Source: a virus. Taken from it: 25,301 nucleotides of DNA. Position numbers and translations under genes: made by a program. Where the stretch lies: the UHGV virus genome UHGV-0254345; one strand, 5' to 3'. Below are positions 25,057-25,301 of this stretch, piece after piece; position 1 is the first letter of the stretch, and every line of letters begins with the position of its first letter. The notes beneath the pieces were generated by a model. The model ran no database searches and was not told where the DNA came from. It worked only from the letters and a program-made list of their open reading frames with translations.

Positions 25057-25301
25057 CCCTGACCCCGCATCAGCGCGCCCTGTTGCAGTTGCTGCCTGAC
25101 GGGCTGGCATGGGATAAGCGGCCGTCATCCGTTCTTGCGGCTTTGTGCCTGGGCCTCAGTCATTCCACGGAGCGTGTTTCCTGGACCGGTAACCAGATGC
25201 TGGCAGAACGTTTTCCTGATTCATCCCGTCTGCTGCTGGAAGACTGGGAGCGTTATCTGGGGTTACCGGAATGTGATATGACCGGCGCAACCATTCAGGA
25301 G
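25047..25301 (+). CDS. tail protein (Mu gp48 / DUF2313-like), 3' truncated by window end
   Basis: ATG 25047 overlapping upstream stop; open to end of window (MAVTLTPHQRALLQLLPDGLAWDKRP…). Confidence 0.65.
   Translation, partial: MAVTLTPHQRALLQLLPDGLAWDKRPSSVLAALCLGLSHSTERVSWTGNQMLAERFPDSSRLLLEDWERYLGLPECDMTGATIQE

Overview
This window reads as the middle-to-late part of a Mu-like (transposable-phage type) prophage, with almost all genes on the + strand and tightly coupled (frequent ATGA / TAATG start-stop overlaps). All calls are from reading the sequence and ORF translations against remembered family features; no database search was run. Order along the window: (i) tail end of an early/accessory operon (1-3468) containing a rearranged module bounded by two interleaved perfect inverted-repeat pairs (521-1047), a tandem Myb/SANT-like HTH protein, a visibly AT-rich four-gene cassette of small proteins (1930-2962) and a GemA-like gene; (ii) an intrinsic terminator (3473-3503); (iii) a Mor/C-family late activator (3539-3961); (iv) a lysis cassette with a SAR endolysin and overlapped i-/o-spanin candidates but no obvious holin (4033-5198), followed by a TraR/DksA zinc-finger protein and a small membrane protein; (v) packaging and head genes: TerS-like, a small strongly-RBS'd ORF whose C-terminus duplicates the TerS C-terminal tail, TerL, portal, Mu F-like, G, I protease/scaffold, major capsid T; (vi) head-tail joining, sheath, tube, chaperone with an alternate-frame extension, tape measure, DNA circularization protein N, and baseplate genes gp44-gp48 (last one truncated by the window end). 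Most worth a second look: the interleaved inverted-repeat module at 484-1047 (conceptual inversion reconstitutes two intact genes), the TerS-tail paralog at 6606-6854, the AT-rich small-protein cassette, and a tRNA-like acceptor/T-arm structure on the minus strand between F and G. No transposase, integrase, CRISPR array or rRNA is visible in the window.
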